Shown: piece by piece, positions 27,965 to 41,000 of the stretch
Layout: every line of letters begins with the position of its first letter
Position numbering within the stretch: the first letter of the stretch is position 1
From: Eledone cirrhosa
Lineage: Eukaryota
Assembly: GCA_964016885.1 (NCBI GenBank)
Contig: OZ024742.1
Coordinates: 243,598,001-243,662,000 of the forward strand
Direction: 5' to 3'
Length of the DNA stretch: 64,000 bases
Notes under the pieces: model-generated
Seen by the model: only the letters and a program-made list of their open reading frames with translations
Database searches by the model: none
What the model was told of the DNA's origin: nothing
Program-made: the position numbers and the translations under genes

Positions 27965-29812
27965 CTTTATAATAATGAATAATGAAATTATTGTGTACAG
28001 TGCTCAGGTGCACTACAACTCATCAAAGGTGCATGTATAGTACATAGAATAATATACAAATGTCAGGGAAGTGAATAGTGTATGAGTCATGATATACATG
28101 TGTGCGTGTGTATGGAGGGGAAATATTAGGTGTAGTGTTGGCGAATCACAGGAAGCATGGAGGTTTTAAAGGACGCAGTGTCTCGATAGCTAATAACTGA
28201 TGCCGGGAGTCTGTTCCATGCTTCAGCAACTCTGAGCGTGAAAAAATGTTTCCGAATCATGGGAGCTGTGCTGTTTTCTGACTTTGTGTGTTAGACACAT
28301 GGAAATCAAAAAGGTACTCAGGGTTATTGTTGGCAAGATGGTTGTTACCAAGTCAGTTGCCAGACGTGGGAGCTTCAATGAATCCATGCCCAGGGAAGCA
28401 AGACGTTCAGAGTATGGTAGATGCCTGATGGAGGGTATTCGCTTGGTTGCACGTCTCTGAACAGTTTCCAAGCGGTCTCTTCTGAGCAAGATAGGGGTTC
28501 CAGACTGGTGATGCAAATTCTAAGTGTGGCCGCACCATAGCTATATACAGCTTTAAATAGATAGCTGGAGAGCGGCTGACAAAGTTCTTGCTGAGTGATG
28601 CTAAGATACCCTCGGCCTTCTTGACAATTTTAGAGGCGTGCTTCGTCCAACGCAAATCGCTGCTGACCGTAATGCCCAGGTCACGTTCACAAGAAGACTT
28701 CTTGATATTAGTGTTGTGGAGGGAGTATGTGGACGCTGGGTTTTTACTCACAAAATGCATGGTGGTACACGTGTCCACAGCCAGCTTGAGTTGCCAGTCT
28801 GTGATCCATTGTTGCATTGTGTCCAGCTCAGATTGCAAGCAAGATCTATAGTGTTCAGGATCTGTCCTTTTTATCTCAAGGTACAGCTTGATGTCATCTG
28901 CATATTTCAGTACTGTGGTATTCTTTAAGTTGGCATCTATGTCATTAATATATGCCACAAACAAAAGGGGGCCAAGAACAGATCCCTGTGGTACACCAGA
29001 TGACATTTCATATGGTGAGGAATGCTGTCCTAGAACCGTGACTACCTCTCTTCGACTGAGAATGAAGGACTTCAACCAGTTAAAAAGATTATCCTTCACA
29101 CCCATTGCAGAGAGTTTTGCCATAAGTCTTTTTTGTGGCACAGAATTGAAAGCTTTAGCAAAGTCAAGGTAAACAACATCCACCCATGAGCCGCCATCAG
29201 TGATCCGGGTGATGTATTCAAGAAACTCGATAAGTTGATCACAGCAGCTGGAGTTAGGGATAAATCCAAATTGCGAGGGCCGGATAAGACTGTGAGCGTT
29301 CCAGAAGTTCCATAGTGTTTCTCTGACACAGGATTCCATCAGTTTGGCAATGCAGCTAGTAAGACTGACTGGACGATAGTTCACTTGTGATGTGCGGTCA
29401 CCCTTTTTGAACAGAGGAATGACACTGGCAGTTTTCCACTGTTCTGGAGTAGCACCGTTGTTCAGTCAGAATTGGAAGAAGCATGATAGCTGGTGCAGAA
29501 TGAAGTACCCACCACGTTTGAGAAGCAGGTACGTAACACCATCAAGATCAGGAGAGGCATGGTTGCGTTTATTTTTAAGGTGACGTCGCAGTATTGCAGG
29601 TGTAAATTCCATAGTTGTAATAGAATCCGATGTCAGAGGTGGTGGAGACGGTACACTCTGGTCTTCAATAGTGAAAATGCTTGCATAGCATTCAACAATG
29701 AGTTCTGCGCATTGCTTGAAGTCGTCAGTAACCTGGCTTGTGTGGGGATTGCGAAGAGGACCAACAAGAGAGTGAGGCCTCTGCTTTGAGTGAACATACT
29801 TCCAGAACACCT
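27965..29812 (-). mobile_element. 5'-truncated CR1-group LINE (RT domain, frameshifted) with 3'UTR
   Basis: NYRPVSLTSC, QFGF, VVYLDFAKAFNSV, SGVPQGSVLGPLLF, YADD, ERDLGI, VRPHLEFASPVWNP, LETVQRRATK. Confidence 0.92.
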
Positions 29813-29947
29813 TACAGCATAAGTCTGCTTGATCAGAGTTGACTTGGGGTTAAAACAATAAATATAAAGAACATTTGGATAAATCAAATCACATAGCCTG
29901 ATGAAACGAGGGTATGGTGGAGGGGGATAGAAAGAGAGAGAGTGAGC

Positions 29948-30131
29948 AAAGAAAGAGTTCAGTGTTGTAAATCTTTCATAACCTAACTTCGTTGTTCCAG
30001 CAACACTTATGTAACCAATTATGTATATATATATACATAATTGGTTACATAAGTGTTGCTGGAACAACGAAGTTAGGTTATGAAAGATTTACAACACTGA
30101 ACTCTTTCTTTGCTCGTGTTGCTGGAACAAC

Positions 30132-30135
<4 letters not shown>
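29948..30135. mobile_element. Palindromic PLE-like remnant centred on a short (TA)n
   Basis: About 29946-30025 mirrors about 30035-30115. Degenerate hammerhead GTGTTG-CTG...GAAA-gatt-TA-CAACAC at 30053-30097. Confidence 0.6.
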
Positions 30136-30217
<82 letters not shown>

Positions 30218-30325
30218 TATTTTCCGTTGTGTTGTAATATAAATATTACACACAGTAGATTATCAGCTCACGTAGAGTTTGCTCGACGGTTCCAGTTGTA
30301 GTTCCAAAAGTAATCCGGAGAAAAA

Positions 30326-31065
30326 TAGAAAGATTTGAATGGATACAGTTTAGTTGAAAGGAATTTATTGACACGTGTTTCTATAACAGTTACATAACCT
30401 AAAACAGCTATCTACAAACTTTTAGTTATGCAGACATTCAATATTTCAATGTTATTATTTACTGTCATTTCATCAGAATAATATTACTGAGGACCTATTT
30501 AGTTTTTATAGAGAATATTAGGAGGGAGGGGTGAAGTTGTTAGAAGAATAGTTGAAGGAGTGGTTTTTCGATAGCAGTGAGAATTCTTGGTGGCAGTGAG
30601 TAATTAGATTCCCATCTGTTGTTTTGACATTTTTTATGGAATATATTATTGGTTATTTTTCTAAATCTATAGAAGGATTAGAGATAGTAAAGATATGCGT
30701 GGTTGGTTTTGTGTTTGCACTTAACATTCAGACTTAAATTTTTCTTTCAAGTGTACGTATTCTTTCACCCACGCATTCACACAAATATATTTGCACACCT
30801 CTACAAAATACATATACTCACAATTCACATATTCATACTTACATATATATACACATGCATACACATATATATACACACATGTATTCATGTACATACATAC
30901 GCGCTCATGTGTATACATTTTCATACTCAACTTATCTTTATATATACACACGTATAGACACACACATATATACATACATACTCTAGTCCATGTGTACACA
31001 CATACGCATACATACACATCCACATACACATACATACATACACATATATATATATATATATACAT

Positions 31066-31122
<57 letters not shown>

Positions 31123-31759
31123 CCCACACACACACATATACACATACACACATATATATATATATATATATAAGCACTTTAATACATGAATACACTTACA
31201 TCTAACTATACACATCAAACATATATATATATTTACTTATTTATATACATTTTCACATATATATACATACTTATGGACGTTTTTAGACACATTCATTATC
31301 GCATATTTGTACCTATTCTCATCAGCATATCTTTTCATTATTAGTATGGTAATTTAAGGTTATTAATATATGTTGAGAAGAGATTGTTTTTATATTTTTC
31401 TAACTAGATTAAGGTTTATATAGTTGGGGGATGTCCCTCTTTTATGTAATATTCGGCTTGTAGTGGGAAAAAAGGGTTTTAGTTCTGTGACGGCAGAATA
31501 ATGTTCGTTCAATTCTGTTATTCAGCAGTTTCTTCTTGTGTGTGATTATGTAACTTCACCCCTCCCTCCTAATATTCTCTATAAAAACTAAATAGGTCCT
31601 CAGTAATATTATTCTGATGAAATGACAGTAAATAATAACATTGAAATATTGAATGTCTGCATAACTAAAAGTTTGTAGATAGCTGTTTTAGGTTATGTAA
31701 CTGTTATAGAAACACGTGTCAATAAATTCCTTTCAACTAAACTGTATCCATTCAAATCT

Positions 31760-31765
<6 letters not shown>
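30326..31765. mobile_element. Approximately 205-bp inverted repeats (30326-30530 / 31559-31765) around a microsatellite-rich spacer; PLE-like
   Basis: The arms are reverse complements; CTGATGA-AATG...CATT-GAAA core at about 31614-31650; (TA)n outside the right arm. Confidence 0.65.
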
Positions 31766-31811
<46 letters not shown>

Positions 31812-31885
31812 TGACGGACGGGCCAGGTTGCCCAATGGGAAGTGGGCCCACAGTAGCATTGCAGGTTCACCACTGCAGAATTTTA

Positions 31886-32112
31886 GCGGTCAATACTTTG
31901 CTTTCAAAAAGCAACTTTAAAAATAAGTCAAAGAGAAAGAATAATTTTTTTTTTAAATAAACAAAGCAAAGCATTTGGTCAAACAATTCCCTAGGGAATT
32001 AAAGGGAATTGTTTGACCAAATGCTTTGTTTATTTGTTTATTTAAAAAAAAAATTATTCTTTCTCTTAGACTTATTTTTAAAGATGCTTTTTGAAAGCAA
32101 AGTATTGACCGC
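31886..32112. repeat. Imperfect palindrome, about 105-bp arms
   Basis: GCGGTCAATACTTTGCTTTCAAAAAGCA ... TGCTTTTTGAAAGCAAAGTATTGACCGC with centre CAATTCCC...GGGAATTG. Confidence 0.85.
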
Positions 32113-32519
32113 TCATAATAAAATTACACATACAAACGAGCTGCTGGCCAAATAACATTTGAATCAATGGGTTAAAGACATGTAAAAGCAATTAGTGTTC
32201 AGTTCTTCAGTCTAAAGTCCCTAGGGAGAATAAGTCGCCAAATAATTTTTGTACAAGTTCAAAACATGTATGTATATGTATGTATACATATATATAAATC
32301 TATATATACACATGTACATGTATATGTACACACATACACACACTCCCAACTGAATATATTGAGTAAGTGTGAAAAACCAAAGGTCATTATTGAAAGTCTC
32401 TGGATGTGTATATTTCACGAGGTACTTTATATTTTTTTTATTGGAGAAAGTAACAACGATCACTTGCATACTCTACTCTAAATAACAGTAGGAAAAGATA
32501 TTTAACGTTTTGGACGTCA

Positions 32520-32822
32520 GTCCTTCATCGCCAAGTCCTTCCTTATTAATGCTAGTGAGTGCAGATTCTGTTGTTGTTTTTTTGTATTTGTTGTGCAGTT
32601 CATGGCGTATAAAGTTATTGTATGTATTAAGGCTCATGGTGTATACGTTTGATGTTTTGTCCGCTTTTACTATAATACCGTTGGTGTTACGTAGTTTGTT
32701 GTGATGTGTCCGTTTTTTTAATTTGGTTCCATTTATCATGTTAATGAGGTCGAGTTCGAAGGCATCGAGCTGGGGGTTATTCGGTGGATTTTTTCAGGAT
32801 TTGAATCCGTATTTTTCCCTAG
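32520..32822 (-). pseudogene. Penelope-like ORF fragment (region N-terminal to RT)
   Basis: EKYGFKS*KNPP...LDAFELDLINMI and IIVKADKTSNVYTM resemble the PLE pre-RT 'ADK' region. Confidence 0.7.
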
Positions 32823-33054
32823 TAAATTCCACCACTATCATATTCTGTACTTATTGCTCTCACTTAACCTTATTTCTTTATATTTCTATTATTTTGCCAT
32901 TTTCTTACTTTTTTACTGTATCTTTTTTCTTATCTTTTACTTTTTACATCTGTAACTTCTTTACCTATTTATCATATATATTTTATTATTGATGTTATTG
33001 TTTTGATTATACGCTATTTCTCTATATATATCTTGCCTTGTATGAATTACTTTT

Positions 33055-33163
33055 GTATTCTGAGGATTTGATCAGAGGTAGATGATGTAATGGAGATCGA
33101 GTGACGCAACCTCGAGCGATTAGACCTCTAGACTCACCTGATCAATGAAACAATTGTTAATAC
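33055..33163 (+). ncRNA. Hammerhead ribozyme with long branched stem II (PLE pLTR type)
   Basis: GTATT-CTGAGGA-t-TTGATCAG...CTGATCAA-t-GAAA-caattg-TT-AATAC, followed by AATAAA. Confidence 0.78.
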
Positions 33164-33423
33164 CTGAAATAAAGCCCCTTGTTGTACAGCCAACCATGTT
33201 ACTCTTCATTTCACTATTATTACTCCAAGTATAACCTACATAGGAATTACCGCAAACTCGCTGCCTAACTATGGAAACATCTTGTTGAGTCAAACAAAGC
33301 CGTACGTTAAAACTATCAACGGCGTAGAGTACTCACAACCTCTAACTGGATTACCTATAACGATAACTTGTTACCCCATATATATATAATCCTACGGGTT
33401 CATTCTGTCATTACCACAGCAGA

Positions 33424-33508
33424 AGTCCGATGAGTTCTTGATTCCAGAGTCGGGCTAGATCGATACAGATCGAACCTTGAGCTGATCAATAGCGAAACGC
33501 GCATCACT
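33424..33508 (+). ncRNA. Second, mutated hammerhead motif
   Basis: AGT-CCGATGA (U4>C)...GAAA-cgcgca-TC-ACT, followed by AATAAA. Confidence 0.5.
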
Positions 33509-33569
33509 ACTCAATAAACGTAATGAAGACATAACAAATCGTCCTTTTATTAATATTAGTACTATATAC

Positions 33570-35749
33570 CAAGGGGGATATAATCGATAATTTCAGGCCC
33601 ATAACCCTGCTAAACGCAGAGTTCAAGATTTTGGCCAAGGTGTTAGCAACGAGGTTGGCGCTTGTCGTCAAGGGTCTGGTGGGAGAGGCGCAGACATGCG
33701 CCATTCCGGACAGATCCATACACGACAACCTCCACCTCATGCGATACATCATAGAGAGGGTGGTTAAGGAACCTGGCACGGGTGGGGCCCTGATCAACTT
33801 GGATCAATCCAAAGCATTCGATAGGGTCGACCATCGGTACCTGGTGGCGGTCCTCGAGGCAGCCGGTTTCGGGCCCGTTTTCAGGGGTTGGATCGCAGCA
33901 ATGTACAGCGACATCTGCTCAGTTGTGAGGGTGAACGGTCACCTGTCGCAGCCGTTCAGCATCATGCGCTCAGTCCGCCAGGGTTGTCCCCTCTCGTCCC
34001 TCTTGTACGTATTGGCTCTCGAGCCGTTACTGCACAAACTGGGGGCGATGAGGGGCGTCCCACGCGAACTAGGATGCGGGAAATCCGAGTCGGCTTACGC
34101 TGACGACGTCACCGTGGTGGTGTCGAGCACCAGACACGTCCAGATGCTCGGCACCGCTCTCAAGGAATACGAAGCGGTGACAGGAGCAAAGATAAACCAG
34201 GAAAAGTCGGTGGGCTTGCAGCTCGGCACCTGGAGAGGCAAGTCCATGTCGTCCGACAGCGTCGTGGGGCGTTGGACGGACGGACCGGTTAAATTGCTCG
34301 GGGTCTGGTTCGGACCGGACCTCCAGATGGAGAAAAACTGGAACGAGGTGACGAGCAAGGTGGCCTCCCTCACCCAGAAATGGGCCGAGAGGAAGCTGTC
34401 CCTGAAAGGCCGGGCGGAGGTGGCGAATGCGAACATCGCATCTGTCATCTGCTACCGCCTCACCGTCGTCCCTTGCTCCAGCCCAACTCTCACCAAAATG
34501 GAGCGCCTCCTCCTCCGCTTTTTGTGGAAGGGACGCGCTCCCATGGTCAGACGATCCATCTGCTGTCAACACCCGTTGCGTGGAGGACTGGGCAATCCAT
34601 GGCTGATGATGCGCAAACATGCGCTGAGGCTGCGACATCTCTGGTGCTTCCTTGATGGTGAACAGGTGTGGTCGCCGTTCGCCAGGCACGTTTTCCCACA
34701 GCTCGTCTCCTTGACGGAGCTGCAGTTCTGGGTCAGAAAAAGACGGAGGGATGGCGCTTGGAAACTGGAATGTCTCCAGGCGCTCACTGCCCTCTGCCAG
34801 CTGGGCACCAGTATCGGTGGAACATCCACCTCGGCGTTCTATAGAGGACTAGTGGAGGGGAAGAGCGACAACATTCTCGGAGAGATCCTGGGCGTCGAAG
34901 AAGATCAGCTGTTTGTTCTCTTCCGGAGAACTTTCAGCCCGGGGCCTATGGATAACTTCCAAAAATCTCTGGCCTGGCAGTGCTACCGGAGAGCGCTGCC
35001 GGTTCGAGATAAGCTCTACAGGCACGGAAGTGCCGTCAGCCGAGCCTGTCCGAGATGCGCGCAGAGCGACGAAACCGTCGTGCACGCACTCGTTCAGTGC
35101 CCGAGCATTGCTGACTTGTGGAGCTGTCGAACAGTTGCTGTCGCGTGTAGGACTGATCCGGTTGTCGACTGAGTCCATTGTGCAGATGGTCTCGCCGTCT
35201 TCCTTCGAGGAGGAAGGGCAGGCGGTTTTCATCTGCCTGGTGGCCATGGCGAAAGAGATTGTATGGTGGACAAGGTTGAAAGGGTTAAAGACAGACACTT
35301 TCCTCTTCGGCGAATCCCTAATTAACTTTTTCAAGTTTCACTTGAAGAGGAACATCAGGGTGGAGAGGCAAGTGCTGCTTTCTAGCAAGTTTGTTGAAAG
35401 GTGGGTGAATATAGCGAGAATGGTCCGAGTGAACGGGACCGCTCTGAATATATGTCTGTAGTTTGAGAGATGGAAAAATTGAGAGAGGGCGCTTGCCCTG
35501 GTGGTCAGGGTGGCTGTGGTCTTTTGTGTGGTTTTCGCCACGAGTAACCCTCGGAGGTTTCCCCCCTATTGGGGAATTTTTCATTGTTTCAATTTTCATT
35601 TTTATTGTTTATATTTATGTTTCTATGTCCTTTTTTTTCTTTTCTTATATAAATAATAAAAATATTTACACGCACAAAACCCACATCGTACCGTCCTGTG
35701 CCGTCTGTAATGTTTTTCTTGATGTCAGCCCTTGTGGCCAATAAAGAAA

Positions 35750-35781
<32 letters not shown>
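33570..35781 (+). mobile_element. Tx1/L1-clade LINE copy 1: 5'-truncated, ORF2 frameshifted near 35125, (ATT)n tail
   Basis: Starts inside RT (NFRPITLLN); QGCPLS, YADD, CPRC...H...C finger; stop at 35461; AATAAA then (ATT)10. More divergent than copies 2 and 3 are from each other. Confidence 0.95.
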
Positions 35782-35990
35782 GGCGACCTACGTAGTAAAT
35801 CGTATCATCGTGAGCTCCGCAAAGGTTTGTTATTTCCGTTTGTTAAAAATTGCCATTTATGGAAAATTTTATTGTTAACTGTTTATAAGCATACATACAT
35901 TGTTTTCCGAAAAGGACACCCAAAAAGATTGGGGCCTTGTGCCCAAAATTTTAACTTTTATTATTATCAAAAAATTTCTTTTAAAAAAAA

Positions 35991-37983
35991 ATGGCTAATT
36001 CACCTCTGCAACAAGCAGCTGAAAGCCTTCCTCACAAATTAACACCTCACACCGACACCACCATTGTAAATGTTACTACGTTTGCCAACACAAAAAAAAA
36101 ATATAAGCAGTAGCAATATTTTAAATTTGTCTCAGGCAGACATTTATTTCCCGCCATTACCAATGACTGCAGGTGTTAAAGCCTCCACCACCACCACCAC
36201 CGCGACAACCACCACCCCCACCACCACCGCGACAACAGAAACAAAAGAAGAAGAAAATAAATTAACTCGTGATGTCGAAATGAAATCAAGCAAAATGGAC
36301 TCTTCCGCACCAAAGACGACTGACGTCACCACCACCACAACTGAAACTAAAATTAATATTAACGATAGCAACAACAACAACAATGACATTATAAAACCGA
36401 CCCTCAGTTTCGCCAGAGTAGCAAAACAATTCGAAGCTTGTACGGTAACTCAGGAGGATTTAGAAAATGCCAAACAAATGGTAAAGAAAGATGGGTACAG
36501 GGTCAGCCTCACCCCCCCCCCCCTACCTAATAAAATGGAGCATCGGCGCCTATGCACAGTGTCGTATAGAACAATAAATGTAAAATCGCGCCGAGTGGAA
36601 CAGGCATCCGAGTCCCAAATCCAAAAAGCTTTGGGACATGTGTGGGGAAGAAAAACCCACATTAGACGTGGGCAAAAGTATGGAACCGTGGACGTGTTCT
36701 TTGAAACACCAGAGGAGGCTAGAGAACACTCCATGGCCCCATTAAAAAGTGACGACTTCACACTCGTCCCAAGCTATTGTGGCCAGAGACTCGTAAAGAT
36801 CAGGGTGACCCACGTTCCACCGGCCATCGAAATTCCCTGGCTAATAGCGGCCGTCCTCGCCGGCATCGAAGCCAACACGAAAATAATAGCAGTAGCAAAA
36901 GAAAAGCAGGAAAACTAGTCCGGATCTGGGATGGAGCTCCTGATCCAAGCGGACCAAAAAAGCATTGAGGAGATCCCAGAGGTAATAGACCTCACTGACG
37001 GCAGCCACCTCACGGTAATTGTCGAGGGCAGAAGACCTAGGTGTGTCGTTTGTGGTGAAGGAACCCACCTAAGGGCTTTCTGCCCTCAGGCTAAAAGGTT
37101 GAGGCCACCTCTACTACCCACCCCAGTGACACAACCATCAACACCACCAGTAGCAGAGATGGCAGCAACAACTGTAGCAGCAACAACAGAAGCAACTATA
37201 ACAGTAACAACCCCAGCAACAGTAGCAAAACCAACACCACTACCACCACCAGCAAAACCAACACCACCACCACCCAACGCTTCAGAACTAGCACCAGCGC
37301 CTACACCATCCACCACACCACAACCAAAACTAACGGCTGTGGAGGATTTTCCACTCCCCGGCCTATCACAACTGGAGACAGATTGTGACGACGAGGAGTG
37401 GGAAACGATATCCGGAAATAAAAAAAGAAACCAAAAAAGAAAAAATTCTCTTCCTTCCCCCTCCAAAAACAAAATACAGAGGGAAACAAATAAACTAAGA
37501 AACAAAAAAGTTAGGACAGATATGCCACCATCCACACCAGCATCACCAACCCCATCAACCCAAACACCAACACCATCACCATCATTATCCCCAGCACCAC
37601 CATCACCTACACCACAAAAGTCACCAAAATGCGAAACAGAAACAAACCCACAACAAACGCAAACAAAACAAAACAACCAAAACGATACACACTACACAGC
37701 ATTAAATTTGAACAACAAGCAATTATTACACTACATCCAACACAACACCAGCATCACAGAAAAAGACTACACAACAACCCCAAAATTCACACCACCTCCA
37801 CACATACAAATCACTCGCATCACACAGAAAACGTACATGACACTAAAACAAAAATTCCCCAAAGACATCGGAGACTTCCGACAAGCACTCTCCAGGAGGA
37901 TTTATAAGGACATCCTTCCTGAGGAGGCCACAAGCAGTGAAAAGGATGGAAAAGCCGTCCTTCCCCTACGAGAAGTAAGGTAA
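35991..37983 (+). pseudogene. ORF1 of copy 2 (RRM-like, CCHC knuckle, Pro/Thr-rich), disrupted
   Basis: Inferred start ATGGCT at 35991, shift in the A-run at about 36092-36101, TAG at 36916-36918 (Trp in copy 3), KYGTVDVFF, CVVCGEGTHLRAFC (CX2CX4HX4C). Confidence 0.85.
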
Positions 37984-38017
37984 GTGGTCTTTCCCATCTT
38001 TTCCACTCCTTTTCAAC

Positions 38018-41000
38018 ATGGCCTCACTCAGAATAGGCAGCATAAATGCGCGTGGCTTGGGGTCGTCATGGAAGCAGGGTCACCTGCTCAACGACCTCAG
38101 GTCACTAAACATAGATGTAGTGGCCATCAGCGAGACCAGAATCTCCGAAGCACAGGCTTTCGCACCGATCTTCGGCGGCTACGATGTGTACGCATCTCCC
38201 AGCCGTCCGGGATCGGGGGGAGGAGTTGCTGTGCTTTTTCGAAGAGGTTTGGATCTTGCCATACGGGCCATCTTCCTGGACCCAGAAGGTAAGTTGGTGG
38301 TGCTGGACGTGACCAGCGGAGACGGGCAAGCTTTCAGGTTAGTGGCCGTCTATGCCCCGACAGGAGCAGGGCGGCCTGATTTCTTCCGGCGTCTGGAGAC
38401 CTTTCTTGGAACGTCCCGCTCTTTAGTGTTAGTGGGCGACTGGAACGGGATCTTAGATGCACGCTGGGATTGTGTGGGATTAGTGGATAGGGAAGGAGGG
38501 TGCAAGAGTCTCACCAACCTGCTCAGACGTTTTGAACTGTCTGACAGGTACCGAATGGATTTCCCGAATGTACCAATGTGGACTTGGACAAATCGCATAG
38601 GGTCATCCAGATCATATCTAGATAGAGTATTTTGTAGGGAAATAGATAGGTCTAGCATAGGCTGTCCACAATTCAAGATAGTCAGCTACACGGACCACAA
38701 ATTCGTGATCTGTGTGCTTGACTTAGATAGGCTTCATAGACGAAGACCCGGCTACTGGAAGTTAAACGCGTCCTTACCAGCGCGCAAGGCCTACAGAGAC
38801 CGGATTAGCGAGCTAGTTAAGCGGGCGTTGACGGGGGCCATCGTCAACAACAAGTGGTGGTTTGCTCTGAAAAGAGCAATTAGAATAGAGTCCATTAGGT
38901 TTAGTAAGACTTTAGCAATAGAGAAAAATAGAGCAGAGGGAGAATTAGTTAGAAAATTAGATGAGGCGCTTAGCAAAGGCATCGCGACCGACGTACTTGC
39001 GGCGAAATTGGCCCTTGGCCAATTCTTCAATGCAAAGCACGAAGGCTGCGTTGTCAGAGCTAGGGTGCGTGCTCTCAGACACGAGGGGACGAAAGCCGTT
39101 CAATGGGCCCGAGTGGCGGAGGCGCGTCGTGGCAACAAAGCCACGATCCGGTCTTTGGTGGACCACGACGGGCGCATGCTACTCGATCCCGGGCAAATGT
39201 GTGAAGCTTTTCAGCGACACTTCGCTCAACTGTTCGGGGGCAGTGGCGGGCCGGATCGAGGGATGGACTTTAGTGTCTACCTCGACGGACTGCCGCGGCT
39301 TTCGGCCACTGAGGTGGAGTGTTGCGAAAAGCCGATAACAACCGCTGAAGTACGGGATGCAATGACTAGTTGCACAAGGGGTAAATCGCCTGGTTTGGAT
39401 GGTCTGCCCTATGAACTTTACGTACAAATGCCAAACTTGTTCGGAGGCCTCTTGGCGGACGTCTACTGCAACTGGCAACAGAACGGGAGAATTCCCAGTT
39501 CTGTGAGCCGAGGAGCGGTGGCGCTGCTGAGAAAGGATCCGAACAAGGGGGATAACATAGATAATTTTAGGCCCATAACTCTGCTAAACACAGAGTTCAA
39601 GATTTTGGCCAAGGTGGTAGCAAAGAGGTTGGCGCTTGTCGTTGGTGGTCTGGTGGGAGAGGCACAGACATGCGCCATTCCCGACAGATCCATCCACGAC
39701 AACCTCCACCTCATGCGATACATCGTAGAGAGGGTAGCTAGGGAACCTGGCACGGGTGGGTCTTTGATCAATTTAGATCAGTCGAAAGCCTTCGATAGGG
39801 TCGACCATCGTTACCTAGCGGCAGTCCTGCGGGCGGCTGGCTTTGGGCCCGTCTTCAGAGGCTGGATCGCTGCCATGCACAGCGACATCTGCTCTGTAGT
39901 GAGAGTGAACGGTCACCTTTCGGAACCGTTCAACATCATGCGCTCGGTCCGCCAAGGATGTCCCCTCTCGTCCCTAATGTACGTATTGACTCTCGAGCCA
40001 TTACTGCACAAACTGGAGACGTTGAGGGGGGTCCCGCGCGAACTAGGATGCGGAAGATCCGTGTCAGCATATGCCGACGATGTCACCGTAGTGGTGTCGA
40101 ACGCCAAACACATCGAGGCGATCGGCACTACACTAAGAGAATACGAAGCGGTGACAGGAGCAATGATCAACCAGGAAAAGTCAGTGGGCCTGCAGCTCGG
40201 CACCTGGAGAGGCAGGTCCATGCTGTCCAACAGCGTCGTCGGGCGCTGGACGGACGGACCGGTTAAATTGCTAGGGGTCTGGTTCGGTCCAGACCTCCAG
40301 ACGGACAAAAACTGGGACGAGGTGACGAGCAGGGTGGCTTCTCTCACCCAGAAATGGGCCGAGAGGAAGCTATCCCTGAAAGGTCTAGCGGAGGGGGCTA
40401 ACGCGTACATCGCGTCCGTCATCTACTACCGCCTGACCGTCGTACCTTATCCTAAGCCCCGCCAGACTGCGCTGGAGCGTTTGCTCTTTCGCCTTTTGTG
40501 GAAGGGACGCGCTCCGATGGTCAGGCAGTCCATCTGCTGTCAACACCCGCTACGTGGAGAGCTGGGAATGCCGTGGCTGATGATGCGCAGACACGCGCTC
40601 ATGCTACGACATCTCCACCTCTTCCTCGACGTTGACCAGGTGTGGTCGCCATTTGCTAGACGCGTCTTTCCCCAGCTCGTCTCCTTGACGAAGCTACAGT
40701 CCTGGGTCAAGCGAAGACCGAGAGGGAGCGCTTGGAGACTGGAATGTCTTCAGGCGCTCACAGCCCTCGACCAATCGGGCAATGTGATCGGTGGAAACTC
40801 CACCTTGGCGTTCTATAGAGGATTAGTGGAGGGGAAGAGCGACGACGTATTTGGGGAAACTCTAGGCGTCGACGAAAATCAACTAGCCAATCTCTTCGGA
40901 AGAAATTTCGGGCCGGGGCCTATGGACAACTTCCAGAAACCCCTGGCCTGGCAGTGCTACCGAGGAGCTTTGCCAGTTCGGGATAAACTCTACAGGCATG

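Noticed and set aside
36916-36918. Programmed readthrough at the in-frame TAG in ORF1
   Set aside because: Copy 3 has TGG at the aligned position; a G>A nonsense change is simpler.
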